From Botryllus schlosseri (taxonomy: Eukaryota): a DNA stretch of 64,000 bases. The first letter of the stretch is position 1. Every line of letters begins with the position of its first letter. The position numbers and the translations under genes are program-made. The notes beneath the pieces were generated by a model. It ran no database searches. It was not told where the DNA came from and worked only from the letters and a program-made list of their open reading frames with translations. Below, piece by piece: positions 41,117 to 53,322 of this stretch. The DNA is taken from assembly GCA_051294905.1 (NCBI GenBank), contig CM119372.1:31188001-31252000 (forward strand), written 5' to 3'.

Positions 41117-41238
41117 TTAAGAGAAAGAGAACGTGAATTCGCTCGTCTGGCCGAGCGAGACGATGGTGTTTCTCAGCGCAAACGTGTAGAAGTCGACGAA
41201 GTAAACGAGGTCGCTTCGATTGCCCTATTACTAATCAC

Positions 41239-41828
41239 TAGGGCAAGTTTTTGTTGCACCAAAAACCTGAGAAAGTTGCATTTATTTTTTTAATTTTAAC
41301 AAAGGTTGCAGAAGTTGCATTTATACAATTTTTTGAAATCATAAGGGTATGAGATACTCGAAAGGTTCCAGCAGTTTAAAATCTGCCTGGTGTCTGCTTG
41401 TTCCGTTTCTTCCTTCGCTATTCAATCGATCATGGTTACATTTTTATTTACGTAGGGTTCGCACAATTTACCAGTTAGTTCAGGGAGTTTCATGACTAAC
41501 GGAATAGTGGGTATGCCGCATACCCGAAAAAATTGCTAGGTAAACACCGCATATCCAGTATACCTGCGTCCGGCGCCTATGGTGGGCCGCATTGTCACTT
41601 GAAATCCATTAATTTAGTCTTTATTATAGTTTTATAGCATATTTTGCGCAATACTTGATCAGAGTTGCAGAAAAAATTTGCATGAAAAATATAGACAAAA
41701 GTTGCAAAAAGTTGCAACATAAAACTCCTTCAAACAGATTAAAACACCATACTACATACATTATGAGTATTTACGAAGCTTCCAGAAGCTGTAAAAAAAA
41801 GTTGCAAAAGTTGCAAAAACTTGCCCTA
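41239..41828. mobile_element. MITE with GTTGCA repeats
   Basis: TIR TAGGGCAAGTTTTTG / CAAAAACTTGCCCTA; perfect TSD CTAATCAC. Confidence 0.85.
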
Positions 41829-43571
41829 CTAATCACGGATTCCAATTTATTGGGGCGTTTTAAGCACTAGTTCGCCGTCGCCGACAAAGCTGCGTATTCA
41901 ATTAATCGACGCGCGTATTGGTTAATGGTAAATAATTCGCATTTACGCGCTATCACGGACTCGCCAATTGACAGCTCTGATGATTTGAAATCGCAGACGG
42001 CGGGCGTTTAATCATGTTATATGGGGTGGCCGCCACACATGATCATGTACAAATGAAGTGTGCTCTTGAAACTGCAATTTCATCACTTTACAGTCTAAAA
42101 ACCAAAATCAAACAGCTACGAACGAATTCTCCTTGAAGCAAACTTTCAAGATCGTTTTTTCCAAAATATTTTAATATGTCTTTGAGCAATCAGCAGTCTA
42201 AATCGTGTAACGCCTGACTAATTTTAGATTTCCCCCTCAAATTAACCTTTGGCCCTAACCTACAGGGCATCAAATTTCTCTTGGAAATGTGGACAATCAG
42301 ACAAGCTTCAGATAAATCCAAGTGCCGTATTTCAACTGTCGTCCAGCATCTAGCTACACCTTCTTGAATATTTCATTGATAAAACCTGAGGTGTGCAGAT
42401 CCAAAATGAGCAGAAAATTGTCAATTTTTAAAGTGGCGTAACTTTTGACCCCAAAGTCCAATTTTCATAAAATAAAGTTCACCCTGTTTGAAATTAGCTC
42501 CTCTATGTGTGTACCAAATTTCAGGAGATTTGAAGAGGTAGTGATGTGAACATCGGTTGTCTGTGTGTGGAATGGCCCTATGACGAGCACGCGCCGAGAA
42601 ATTCCATATCATCGTTGCTGTAAATCGGATGAGCAGATACACGTTCTATCGTGATAGTTTTTTAATCGGGCCGCGAAATTGGACAGTGTTATTGTGTATG
42701 TTACTATGCATGCGAATTGGAATTCATTACTGCGCATGCGCATGATCGTCATTCACTCCAGGAAGGATTTTCGAGCGTAAATAGGGCATGGCAGAAGAGT
42801 GGCCGAAAATGCAGTTACACTCAGCAAACAAATGTCGCGGTGCGTACTCAATGCGATGTCAGAACCCCATGGTAATTAATGTTGGAGATAAATTACTGAT
42901 TTGATACGCGATTTCCAATTTGTAATCATCTGTTTCGTGTATTGATTCTTGATGTATGTTGGATACTCTAGTATTCCCGAATTATCGCGTACTGTGATTT
43001 GTAAATGTGCAATGTGCATAGTTTAATTCGTTACAGGCACGGCGAAATGTGCATGGCACATTGTTTAATTCGATTATTCGATTCGTTTTAACGGGAAAAT
43101 TAATTAATTAATTACTTATTCCGATAAGCTTGATCGACACCGGATGGACTGGTAACGAGTGCACCAATATCGAACGTCAAACCATTGGCTATTTGGTACA
43201 AATCGGATTTCTATTGATCAGGTCATGATATAAGCCCATATTGCTCTTACTGCAGTTACAGTTGAATAAGAATCGCGCATTTAAAAGTTGAATTCAGCTG
43301 TATGACTTAATGTTAACGAGTACAGTGCCAGTGTTAAAACACCACATCAGAATTTCAATGTTGTACACAGCAACGGCTTGGAGTAAAGGGCGTTCTAGTG
43401 TAACTATGATGGTAATTGGTATCAACATACACAAGTATCCATTATGACGTCACAAACCGGCACGGCGGCACCTATGTCTTCATTGCTGCATCCGATGTTA
43501 CTGACGGCTGACAAACTCTAGATTACTATAGATAACTAACCTACCGGTATAGATTAGTAATCTATATAGAC

Positions 43572-44273
43572 CAGGGGTGGCCAACCTTTTCGGATAAGGG
43601 CCACATGCAATTGACGAGCGAGTACGCTGTCCACTAGACGCGTCAATCGCGTAATAATTCCAAAGTTTACAAATCAACTAGGTCAATAATATTAATACCT
43701 GACAATATTGCGGGTCTACTGTATACCGCCCGCTTGGCTCAGTTTGGAAGGACAGGACTATTCGGCATCTGGACATATCGATATCGAAGGTTTCCGCTGA
43801 TATGTGGCAATCATTTTGTGCCTACATTTCATCGTTGACGATCTTTCTGCGAGCGCAAACGCGAAAAGACTTTCTCTCGAATTTAGTTGGACTCAATCGG
43901 CTAAATTAGGCGTTTTTTTCATTTTCAGGAGGGGGTAGGCTACCAAGCATTAAATTGTGTGATAATTCAACACGGGTATCGTCAAGAAAAATTCTACTAT
44001 TTAGTTGACTGTAATGTACGACGACTTACTAAAAATGTGACTGAACCCTGGATCTGCCAATGCGTCGAAACTGATATTTTAGTCATCAACATCCCAAGTG
44101 TCGCGGCCAGACTAATCACATTTTTGGTTGGTGTTGCAAGTTCACAATCTGTGCAATTCATTTTCAATAATATAACATGATTTCGATAATATAATAGGAA
44201 ATTACCTCGCGGGCCACTCAAAACCCTCTCGCGGTCCACATTTGGCACGCGGGCCGCAGGTTGGCCACCCCTG
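43572..44273. mobile_element. hAT MITE
   Basis: TIR CAGGGGTGGCCAACC / GGTTGGCCACCCCTG; TSD ATATAGAC / ATATGGAC. Confidence 0.85.
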
Positions 44274-44281
44274 ATATGGAC

Positions 44282-44423
44282 AGGCCCATTCGATAGTTTT
44301 CAGAGCCGGAGCCGGATCTGGAGCCGGAGCCGTGGTAATAATGCGGCTCCGGAGCTGGAGCCGGAGCTAATGTATGATAGAAGAAAGCTCCGGAGCCGGA
44401 GCTGGAGCTGCTCCAAAGCCCTG
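44282..44423. mobile_element. Short MITE-like element with GGAGCC/GGAGCT hexamer repeats
   Basis: Tandem GGAGC(C/T) repeats ending in ...AAAGCCCTG; left boundary approximate. Confidence 0.55.
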
Positions 44424-45417
44424 GTTGGCACATTAGAGCTCGCTACCTTATGATACGTTGCTCCAACTTCTGTCTCGCGAGTATATGAGAAGAACAAATA
44501 AAGTTACGATACTCTGTGTTCCGCTCTTTAGCTCAATCTAACTTAAGAATTCATAACAGTTTAATAACGGTAAAGCAGCTTAGACTACCACCAAAATCTG
44601 AGTTTTTGTGGAATCTCGCGACCCGAACCTCACCCATGAAAAGGAATTAATTTTTAATATTATAGTTGAATGCTAAGATTTTACGGATATGATAGAACGC
44701 ACACACGAACGGGAATATTCCGTGCCGGCAATGGAGCATATCCATATCGAAAAGTTTGGCAATTCAGCATCGGTCATTTGTAGACCAAGGTCTGTCGCCG
44801 CTTATGTTTTTGTCATCGCATTTTCTCCGCGGTTTGTTGGCCAAAAACTTTACGTCGTCATGTGCCCCGACGCAGGAGGGGTTGGCCTTGAAATTATTGA
44901 GTGTCATAGGCCTGAACTCGCTCGTTGCACACCCCAACACTAGTTCATCCCTACGGTCTTCGACCATGTTTTCCAGAAAAAACAGTCGGACAAATCTTAT
45001 CATGAATTCTCATGATCAAGCCATATTTTCTGCGTGTTTCGCTTATTGGCTACAGTACCCAACACAGTGACCTGAGATATGTATAAACTATTGCAGAATA
45101 TTTTGCAGTAAATTCAACAAATATGACATACATATTAACAGATAGCTCTAGCACCCTGTCGACCCAAAATTATACCCTTTGGAGTCCATACTTTAATAAA
45201 CCTTGAATGGGTAAATATTTACGTTACAGTAACTTACAAATGTGAGTCTGTAATGATGGTAACTACTACTATCCTCGTGCATCGCGCTAATCGAACAGTT
45301 TTAGTAGGAAAATATGATGATTGTTCAGCGAAAGAAAGCAGAAAGCCCATTTGACGTCATTTTTCCAGTTTATCACAGGCTCAGACGGGCTGATATACTG
45401 TATGTCTGCCACTACAC

Positions 45418-46593
45418 CAGCGGTCGGGAACCTATGGCTCGCGAGCCATACATGGCTCTTTTGGGTATGAGATATGGCTATTTTCCAAATATTTATTTTT
45501 GTACTGAATTGATCAATATAGCAGCGACTTGTTGGTAAATTTTGATCACGACCAGAATAATCATTCCCGTGGCAGTATAAACATGTCTTTAAGAGGTAAT
45601 GGCAATGCCGCCTTCAGGTTTAGGGGCTCGAACTCTTCAAAATCATCAAATTAAAGTAACTGTTGCGCCGGCGACCAATATCACTCGCGAATTCGATGTA
45701 GCCTACTCGACTCGGAATTTTGCATTGCGCGATACGTTGATTGATCAACGAGATCAGCAGACATGATGCCAATATGACAATGCAGTTTTCAAATACACTG
45801 TTGTCTTTCTGATCTACGGCTCGAAATGAACTGCCGTGGACAATTACAAACTAGAATTACAAACAACATCATAGCTATCCACGTTCTTGATTGGCAAGTA
45901 GCTCTACCGGCTATTAAATGTAGGAGTGGAGCGCAACGATGTATGTTACCGCCGAATACATGAAGAATTGAGAAGTCGATCAGTATTTAAATTTTCGGAA
46001 TCAGTGCGACAGTTACATTGGATTAATACCAAATGTAATAAATTCTAAGCTATTTACGATTAATTGCGTTATCAATGGTGAGACTTGGCTCGTCTGTGCC
46101 TTACCTCTCGTCCCGCGCTTTATTTTCGAACAATAAAAGGCAAATCGTGTGAATTTGGGAGAAAAATCTTCAGAATCTAGTCATTCACGAACATCAATAG
46201 AAAATAGCAATACTAATTGAAGGTTTCACAATTTTCGTTACCAGATTAGAGTGGCTAGGCCTATAAACTGCTGTAGTGACCACGTTTGGCTCCACCTACG
46301 CATGTGATCATGGGTTCTCGCATTTAAAAGGAGCATCGCGACGAACTTAGTTCTCGTTACTCAAGTTTCGCATGCTCAAGTAAGGCAACCAGCGTGATTA
46401 GTTCGAGTTTTTATCAAGAAAATGTGGCGCACACGACGAGTCCCATGCAGTGAGTTCGAATTAGTGCCACCATGACGTCAGAAATTTTCAATTGTGACGT
46501 AACAGCTGATTGACATGTATGGCTCTTTGGGAGATAAAATGGAAAAAATAAGGCCAATATGGCTCTTCGGACAAAAAAGGTTCCGGATCACTG
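45418..46593. mobile_element. hAT-like non-autonomous element
   Basis: TIR CAGCGGTCGGGAACC / GGTTCCGGATCACTG; TSD CACTACAC / CACCACAC; ATGGCTC subterminal motifs. Confidence 0.75.
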
Positions 46594-47829
46594 CACCACA
46601 CCAATTTTCAAATCAGGCTTTTGGTTACGTAATAATTATAGTGCGAAATATTAATTCACTACGGCTTGTGAGAGCTACGGTCAGTGGTGCGTAGTAAGTT
46701 AAACAAGTTTTCACAATTGCGTCGTCACTACAAAAGTTACACTGACCTTAAATTTCCTATGAGGTATATTTAAATTATTCCACGTCAGAAAAATTAATAA
46801 TTATTCACGATTTTCATTCGCACTATTAGCACCACCTTAGTCATCGCACTGCAATTTTTTCATTCGCACAAGTGCGAACCGTCACGCAAGTTGAAATGCC
46901 CTGACTTAGAATAAGGTACAAGTGGACCATTAACTAAGTTTATTGTCTTCTAGGATAAATTTTTAACGTGAGAAGCTGAGATAATTTCGGGTATGTATGA
47001 CATTACTCACTTTCCAATCAAAATATCCCATTTTGCAGTCATTCCCATGATATCCAAGAAACGGACGGAGTGTAACCGAGGAAAGGGAGTTTTGTTGCAA
47101 ATCCACATTGTCGACCTGAATAGATGTCAAATATGGGTCAACGGAACGTTTCTGGCTACTTCCCTACATACAACGTTTTATGTGTGTGCGAAGATTCACA
47201 TCTTGCGTTAGAGATGGGGAGCGCATAGGACGACAGCGGTGGAAATACCAGAGATTTGATCATTTAAAACTAATTCAAGAGTTTGCAGCATTTTTAAACG
47301 ACAGTAATAAGGTAGATTGTTTTTTATAACACCGCTAACAGCTCTAGTATTTATTCTACATCAGTGTTCAATGACATAAAATAAGTCGTCGTGGTCGAAT
47401 ATTTATACATAACATGAAATAATCAAGCTTAAATCAGTCACCATTTCGAACGGCTTCTTTGTTAGTGGTATAAAGGGGTGGATAAAGTTAATAGTAAACT
47501 GGGTGTAGTGAGTGGAGACAATGCCGCCATGTGTATGTCACCAACAAGACAAGTTACAGTTGTTTTTAAAAGAATGCCACCACCATCCAAGTACTTTGCG
47601 CGATGAAACAAAAACGGTGAATGCGGTCGGAAGACGTCAGTTTGATTGAAAATGGACACGCTGCAAGACAATTTAAACTGCAAATTCCCACGTCAATTGC
47701 GTCTTAATACAATTATCAAACGCTGCTAATAAATTATTGACCATCTTACCATTGCGATCCGTTACAAATGCATGTTACGAAACGTATTGTTATTTCCTGT
47801 CACCTAGGCTAATTCACGATAAGACTTAC

Positions 47830-48143
47830 ACGAACTCGGCGACCCTCCATGCTTCTTGCTATAATCTCCATCAGCTCATCAGACATGTTACAGTTGCAGA
47901 AGTTAAAATCGTCGAGACCGTCGCTTCTTGCAGTTAGAGATCCAAGGATGTGGGCTTCGTCTCGACTCAGCGGAAAGCTAGACGCGTTGATGACGGAGAG
48001 ACCTTTTATCACGTCGTCACAGTTAGATTCGCATATTGAAGTGTATAGCTCCATGCGAATATATCTCTGAGCGAAATCGTTTTGAGCGCTGTCAAGCTGA
48101 GAGAGAATCGAGAGTGCAATAATTGTTCTTTTCTTCTCCCGAT
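47830..48143 (-). CDS. NLR-like gene, exon after the NACHT exon (helical domain / start of LRR-like region)
   Basis: Acceptor TTTTTCAG| at 48144 and donor |GTAAGT at 47829. Phase-1 join with the NACHT exon gives ...ELVK-DREKKRTII...; contains LDDFNFCNCNMSDELMEII (LRR-like). Confidence 0.8.
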
Positions 48144-48995
48144 CTGAAAAACATATACAATACCGCATTAGTTACATATATGTGTATCAAACTATATAAA
48201 TCTTGCGAAGCAAAGCTGTAGGTTGTATGGTTGGTGACACTTATAATCGGGACCAATGCCAGCACATGACATCGGATAACTCCGGACACTATCAATACAT
48301 AAATACTTGATTAGTCAAATGATACAAAAACCAGGGTATTAAGATATCGCACGTCGAATTTATTCCGCTTCGCACTATTCGAGTTTCATTTGGAGGTAGC
48401 CAGTAACGAATTACTTCCACGTTTTCCAGATAATTCAGTAGTTTCACTACGGAGGCTGTACTTAAGGCGTCATCATCATTGGTTTATTAGCAATATTATC
48501 GGTTCAATACACCACAAAAATGCGATACAAAGAAAAGATAGGAAGTTGTCGAAGCGACATGGAGTAGTCTATTGAATCAGATACCCACCTTGGCCTAGGC
48601 AATGTAAAGAGGAGGCATGCACACTCAATGAAAAGTAAAGAAGATAGTATAAAAAGGGCAAGTAGCAAGAAATGGGGTGGCATGTCATGGAAGGCGAGAT
48701 CGATAGGTTAGTCGTGGTCCGGTAATGTTGAGGATGGACTAATTAATATTCACTGAGTTGAGTTTTATGAGTGAAATTATCAAAATACCCGCGTCAAAAT
48801 CTCCTATATCCCGGCAACGAATATGTACTCGAGAATTGAACGTATTTTGGTCATTTTGTGTGTCGCCAACATACACCCTGCCATTCCAAGTATAGATGAG
48901 TAGCCGTCATGTGTCGGGCATTTGTCATAAAAGATGTTCCTATAACCCTCCTATCATTTTCAATCTGCAGGTTATTATAGATGTCAAGATCAGAC

Positions 48996-50396
48996 CTTTA
49001 ACAAGCTCAGAGGATGTTTCCATGTATACCGCGCCAGTAGCGAATCGTCGAACCACTGACCATCGTTCCGCATGAAGACCTTCTTTATTAAAGTCCCGGA
49101 ATCTGCTAATCTCCATCTCAGCTACAAATCTCGCTGCCAGATATTCTTGAATGCTTTGGTGGCAGAAAAAGAATACGAAATCCCCTTGCATCAAACTGCG
49201 GCTGAGCAGATTTTCACCCGGAACCTTTGCCATTAAATCTTTAACGTCATCGGCGGACAGTTCAAAATGTTGTAAATCAGATATCTTGAAGACAACTCTT
49301 CCTTCTTGCATGCCTCGAAAAGACATCTCTTTCAGTTTGTTCACTACCGACGAGATGTCTTCTGATTTTCGTATGTTTTCTACGCCTTCAAGAGCTGCGA
49401 TGATCCTATCGTACAGTTCTGTGATTGTAGCCGGAGGAGGCCTACGTGGATCTTTTCCCATTACAATCGCGGTTAAAATTAGGAAGACCGGTTGGGATAT
49501 TATATGGAGCAATCGTGGCGACATCCTTTCAATTCGTTTCCAAAGGCAGACTCCGTTTTCTCCAAGAAGGGAAGTGAATAGTCCCTGTGCGTCTGGTAGA
49601 GTGAAACCATGCAGCATAATAATATCATGGGGTCTGGCTTTCTGCGGTAGCTCAGAGATCCTGAATTCCCTTGAAGTTATGAAAATTTTAACGTGCCGAA
49701 GGATATTCCGTGCTAAAATATTGTATAGGATTGTCCAGGTGCTTTCTATGTCATGATTTTTGATGGTTCGAATGTCTCTATGGTAAATATTGAACCTTGC
49801 TTGATCGAGCCCGTCAAAAAATATAACCGCATCGGATTGATTTTCAACTAACCATTTAAATGCCTGATTTTCTTCGCAATCAGTTTCGTAAAGACCACCG
49901 AAAAGAAATTTTGATGGCTTGATAAGGTTCTCGTCTTTAACATCCTTCAATTCAACATAAAGTATCATCTTCTTTTCGTTGAACAGTTTATGTATGTTTT
50001 CCCCAGAGGATAAACCCAGAGATTTTTTTACTAGTCTACGTGTAAGTGTCGTTTTACCTGATCCCGCTGACGCGACTATGGCTGTAATACCGACCGTTCC
50101 AGACGGCTGTAATTTTTCTCTCTGCCATATGGACGCCATTACCTCGTCAATTTGGATCGGTTTGTTTTCATTCTCATCCTGGTAGTTGAATCCGACTTCA
50201 TTTACCAGTTGATTTTGTACAGCTACATCTCTTTCATAGCGACCTTTGTAGTAGTGGGCAACATCAACCTTTCGCATTTGCGGGTGAACTACAAAGTCTG
50301 TCTCTTGCAGCCCGTCGAGCTTGAATTCATCAAGAATACTGACCGAAGAGCGTTCGTCAGCACTATCGTTGACACTCTTTATAAGTCTGTCGACGT
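48996..50396 (-). CDS. NACHT-domain NTPase (NLR-like innate immune receptor), large internal exon
   Basis: Walker A ASAGSGKT, Walker B VIFFDGLDQ, sensor FITSRE, winged-helix FCHQSIQEYLAA. The frame is open upstream of the annotated ATG to acceptor TTTTGTTGCAG| (50397); donor AAAG|GTCTGA at 48995. Confidence 0.92.
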
Positions 50397-50423
50397 CTGC
50401 AACAAAATATTATGCGGTTTTAA

Positions 50424-50625
50424 AGAGTTGAATCAATTACAATATTTTAATTCAATTACAATTACAATTACAATTACTTCCTTGGATGTTTCAATTACAT
50501 TACAATTACAATTACTCAGTGCTAAAAATATCAAATTACAATTACAATTACAATTACTGTTAAACATGTGCTTAATTACAATTAAAATTAAAATTACAAT
50601 TACTTTTTTAAACAGGTAATTGATT
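50424..50625. repeat. AATTAC-repeat subterminal region of a MITE-like element
   Basis: Tandem CAATTA/AATTAC hexamers just inside the NLR intron. The other end is not seen and is probably displaced by the downstream insertions. Confidence 0.6.
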
Positions 50626-50896
50626 CAGTAAAAAGGTGTTCCTTGACAACCGTAGTGTGGTGATTTGTATAGTCTTTTGTATTCAAGCCATCGTGCATCA
50701 TGTAATCATTGCTTTTCTAATCATTAGTTTCCAATTCCTCTGTTACTTAAATCGCTACTGTTACTGGTACTGTTGTATTTGACGCCGAGATTTAAGTTAG
50801 TAAAAGCCAACGAAACAAGAGTCTTCTGTTTACTGGTACGACAATTTTACTAACTTAAATTGTATCTCGCTGCTTGGAGAAAGATCGCCTGTAGTA

Positions 50897-51750
50897 ATGT
50901 CTGGAGAGAAGTATATTAAAGTTCCAACGTTGGACGTGTTACCAGACTCTGCAGATAGTGTGAAGATATTCTCTCATTGGGAGCGGATGTTGAAGAGTTT
51001 AATCGAAGCTATATCTGCTCTTTCAACTGATGTAAACAAGCTCGCTATATTTTCAGGTTATTTATCACCTGAAGTCTCCTCATTTATTGAAGAAATTGAT
51101 GATTACGATGCTGCTATCACCGAGCTGCAGTCCCTTTACAAAAAAAAGAAAAACGAAGTCTACGCCCGACATCTGCTAGCAACTGCAACGCAAGAGGTTG
51201 GAGTTAACGTGTCAGAATTTTCTAGAAAACTGATGGCGTTGTCTAAAGATTGTAACTTCTTGGCCGTAAATGCTCAAAAGCATAAAGAGGAAGCTGTAAG
51301 AGACGCTTTCATCACTGGGCTGAGGTCCCCGGCAATTTGACAGAGATTACTGGAATGCGATGAACTAACTATGCAAAAAGCCTTCCAGACTGCGGACACG
51401 TTAGAAAGAGCCTAATTGTTCGCCAGCTCGTACAATGTCAACCCTCCTTCGTCTGATACCATCGCTTCTGCGGAAATCGCAGCAGTTCGGCAAAGCGATC
51501 CTGAACACGGGACAGATTTTACCGCGGCTGTAGAAAAGCCTGGAGCACCGAGATTACTGCGCAAATGCTTCTTCTGCGGCGGATCTCATGTGGCAGACAA
51601 GCCCGTTTGTCCTGCAAAGGACGTCGAATGCCTGAAATGCGGAAAAAAGGGGCATTTTGCAAAGGTATGTCGATCCCCTCGTTCATATGACATCCGAGCA
51701 ACCGCCAGCATGCTTCTAGCAGGAGTTCCAAATTGTCTCTGGCGTGAGTC
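50897..51750 (+). pseudogene. gag: Gypsy/Ty3 LTR retrotransposon gag, with two in-frame stops, cut by the Polinton insertion
   Basis: NEVYARHLLAT...RDAFITGLRSPAI*QRLLE gag motifs; zinc knuckles CFFCGGSH...CPAKD and CLKCGKKGHFAKVC. Stops at 51338-51340 and 51413-51415. A possible LTR at ~50651-50843 has no clear PBS. Confidence 0.85.
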
Positions 51751-52075
51751 AGTAGTATATACGATCGGTCGCGAACTAACGTTTTTTGCATGGGGTAGTA
51801 TAGGCGGGGTGGTGACGCGCCTGAAAACCGGGGGTGGTGATGCGCCTTTTTAGACCCCCCTCTCGGCGGTGATGCGCCATGTGTTCTTATGGATGCGGTC
51901 GTGATGCGCCATTGTGGCTTATGGATGCGGCGGTGATTCGCCGTGAAAACTCGTGGTCGTGACTCGTCTTTTTTGCTATAGGCTGCGGCGGTGATGCGCC
52001 ATGTATTCTTACGGGATCTGTGGTGACTCGCTATGTGCTCTTATGGGTGCGGTCGTGATTCGCACTTTCAACCAT
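51751..52075 (+). repeat. Polinton left terminus: subterminal array of ~22-32 bp GTGA(T/C)-core repeats (part of the TIR)
   Basis: About ten copies of (G/C)GTGA(T/C)(G/T)CG... e.g. GTGATGCGCCATGTGTTCTTATGGATGCGGTC. Full TIR length cannot be set without the right end. Confidence 0.85.
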
Positions 52076-52548
52076 CTCTCGCGTGGTGTTGAATAGTCAC
52101 CAACAATAACCGCACAAACGGAAACGTGGCTTGCAAGAGGATTAAGTAGTGCGTGCGACCTATATTCCGAATGACCTGCGCGCTGAATTATTTCCCGTCC
52201 AGCTGTGTGCTACTATCGATTATTACACTAGACCAGTCAGTGTGAAATAGTTTGATCGTAAATTATGATATATGATGTCGTAGTTTAGTCGTGTCGAATG
52301 ACCGATCGTGTTCTCTTTCCTCGCTATTGATTGCTAGCTGAATAATACTTTCAGATCGGATTATTCACACCTTCGCTGTTTCGCGCCTACAGAATAGTCT
52401 GCTGTTCACAGTCGCAACTTCATCGCGATAGCGCAATTTTCACACCTCGATCAGTAGAACAACACCGCGCTAACCCAGTTGTCGAAACACATAGGTCATA
52501 CATTTTACGTGAAATGAAATATTGTATTGTGGTATACAAATATGCAAA

Positions 52549-53160
52549 CTATTCTTTCAATTCAACAAGTCTAGTTAACGGATCGATTTTCAAGCTGCCG
52601 ACACAGTTTTTAACACGAGTGAGTTGATATTTCTTCCCGGGTACGAGCGAGGCTTTGTTCCATTGATCCAAAACCACCTCGCCAGTATCATCCTTCAATG
52701 TAAAACTGTATAATTTCAACTCCTTTCCGGCACCAGAATTGACCATCTTCTCCTCTCGAGAAACACAAGTAGCGGCGATCGAGACGTATTCATCTTTATT
52801 TCCGTATACCGATTCACAGGTCAATAATGGGTATTCTTCAGTCGTATGTCTCGATTTTCCATGCAGAGTTACTGACGAAGCCCGACCAAGTAATACAGCG
52901 GGTTTTCCAGTAAATTTATCAATTTGAACCCAACCGGATTTGACCATGAGTTTTTTTCGTTTGGTGAATGCTTTCTCAATGTTCCCGAACAAATCACGAT
53001 TGAAACACGTGAAAGATATCTCTTCGTTATTGCCATCGATGAATATACCTTTGAGATATTGGCTAACGCCACCTCTTTTGGGTGATGAGACGAATTTGAC
53101 GCCGACGTGAAAATTTGAAGTTGCTCCGACTTGCATAGTGTTGACGCTGTTCGATGCCAT
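52549..53160 (-). CDS. Tandem OB-fold, RPA/SSB-like ssDNA-binding protein
   Basis: Two OB-like repeats: FIDGNNEEISFTCFN and FTLKDDTGEVVLDQWN...LVPGKKYQLTRVK (LxDxTGxIxLxxW motif). TATAAATA at 53207-53200 favours the ATG at 53160 over 53196. Confidence 0.75.
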   Translation of the reverse strand: MASNSVNTMQVGATSNFHVGVKFVSSPKRGGVSQYLKGIFIDGNNEEISFTCFNRDLFGNIEKAFTKRKKLMVKSGWVQIDKFTGKPAVLLGRASSVTLHGKSRHTTEEYPLLTCESVYGNKDEYVSIAATCVSREEKMVNSGAGKELKLYSFTLKDDTGEVVLDQWNKASLVPGKKYQLTRVKNCVGSLKIDPLTRLVELKE

Positions 53161-53322
53161 ATCGTTTGATAAAGTGGGAGTCATCAACAAACCCATCGAT
53201 ATTTATAGAATTAGGCACGTGGTATTGAGTGAGTTAACAGTCTTTGTATAATCCTGATGACGCGCGTGAATAGACTTGGATTGAAATAAACTTTACAGGA
53301 GTTCTGTAAGAAAGGATGCCGT

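Noticed and set aside
35480..41581. Possible large element bounded by ATAGGCGCCG / CGGCGCCTAT
   Set aside because: Flanks match at only 5 of 8 positions and the right end lies inside another TSD-bounded MITE, so the pairing is not supportable.
44764..45071. Candidate next NLR exon (acceptor at 45072, minus strand)
   Set aside because: The in-phase frame stops after 23 codons and the longer ORF is in another frame; it cannot be assigned.
49151..50619. Plus-strand ORFs 49151-49756, 49979-50185 and 50152-50619
   Set aside because: Antisense shadows of the NACHT exon and of the AATTAC repeat.
51751..52075. CRISPR-like appearance of the ~30-bp repeats at element termini
   Set aside because: The repeats are degenerate and contiguous, with no unique spacers. 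The context is eukaryotic with no cas genes; they are explained as Polinton subterminal repeats.
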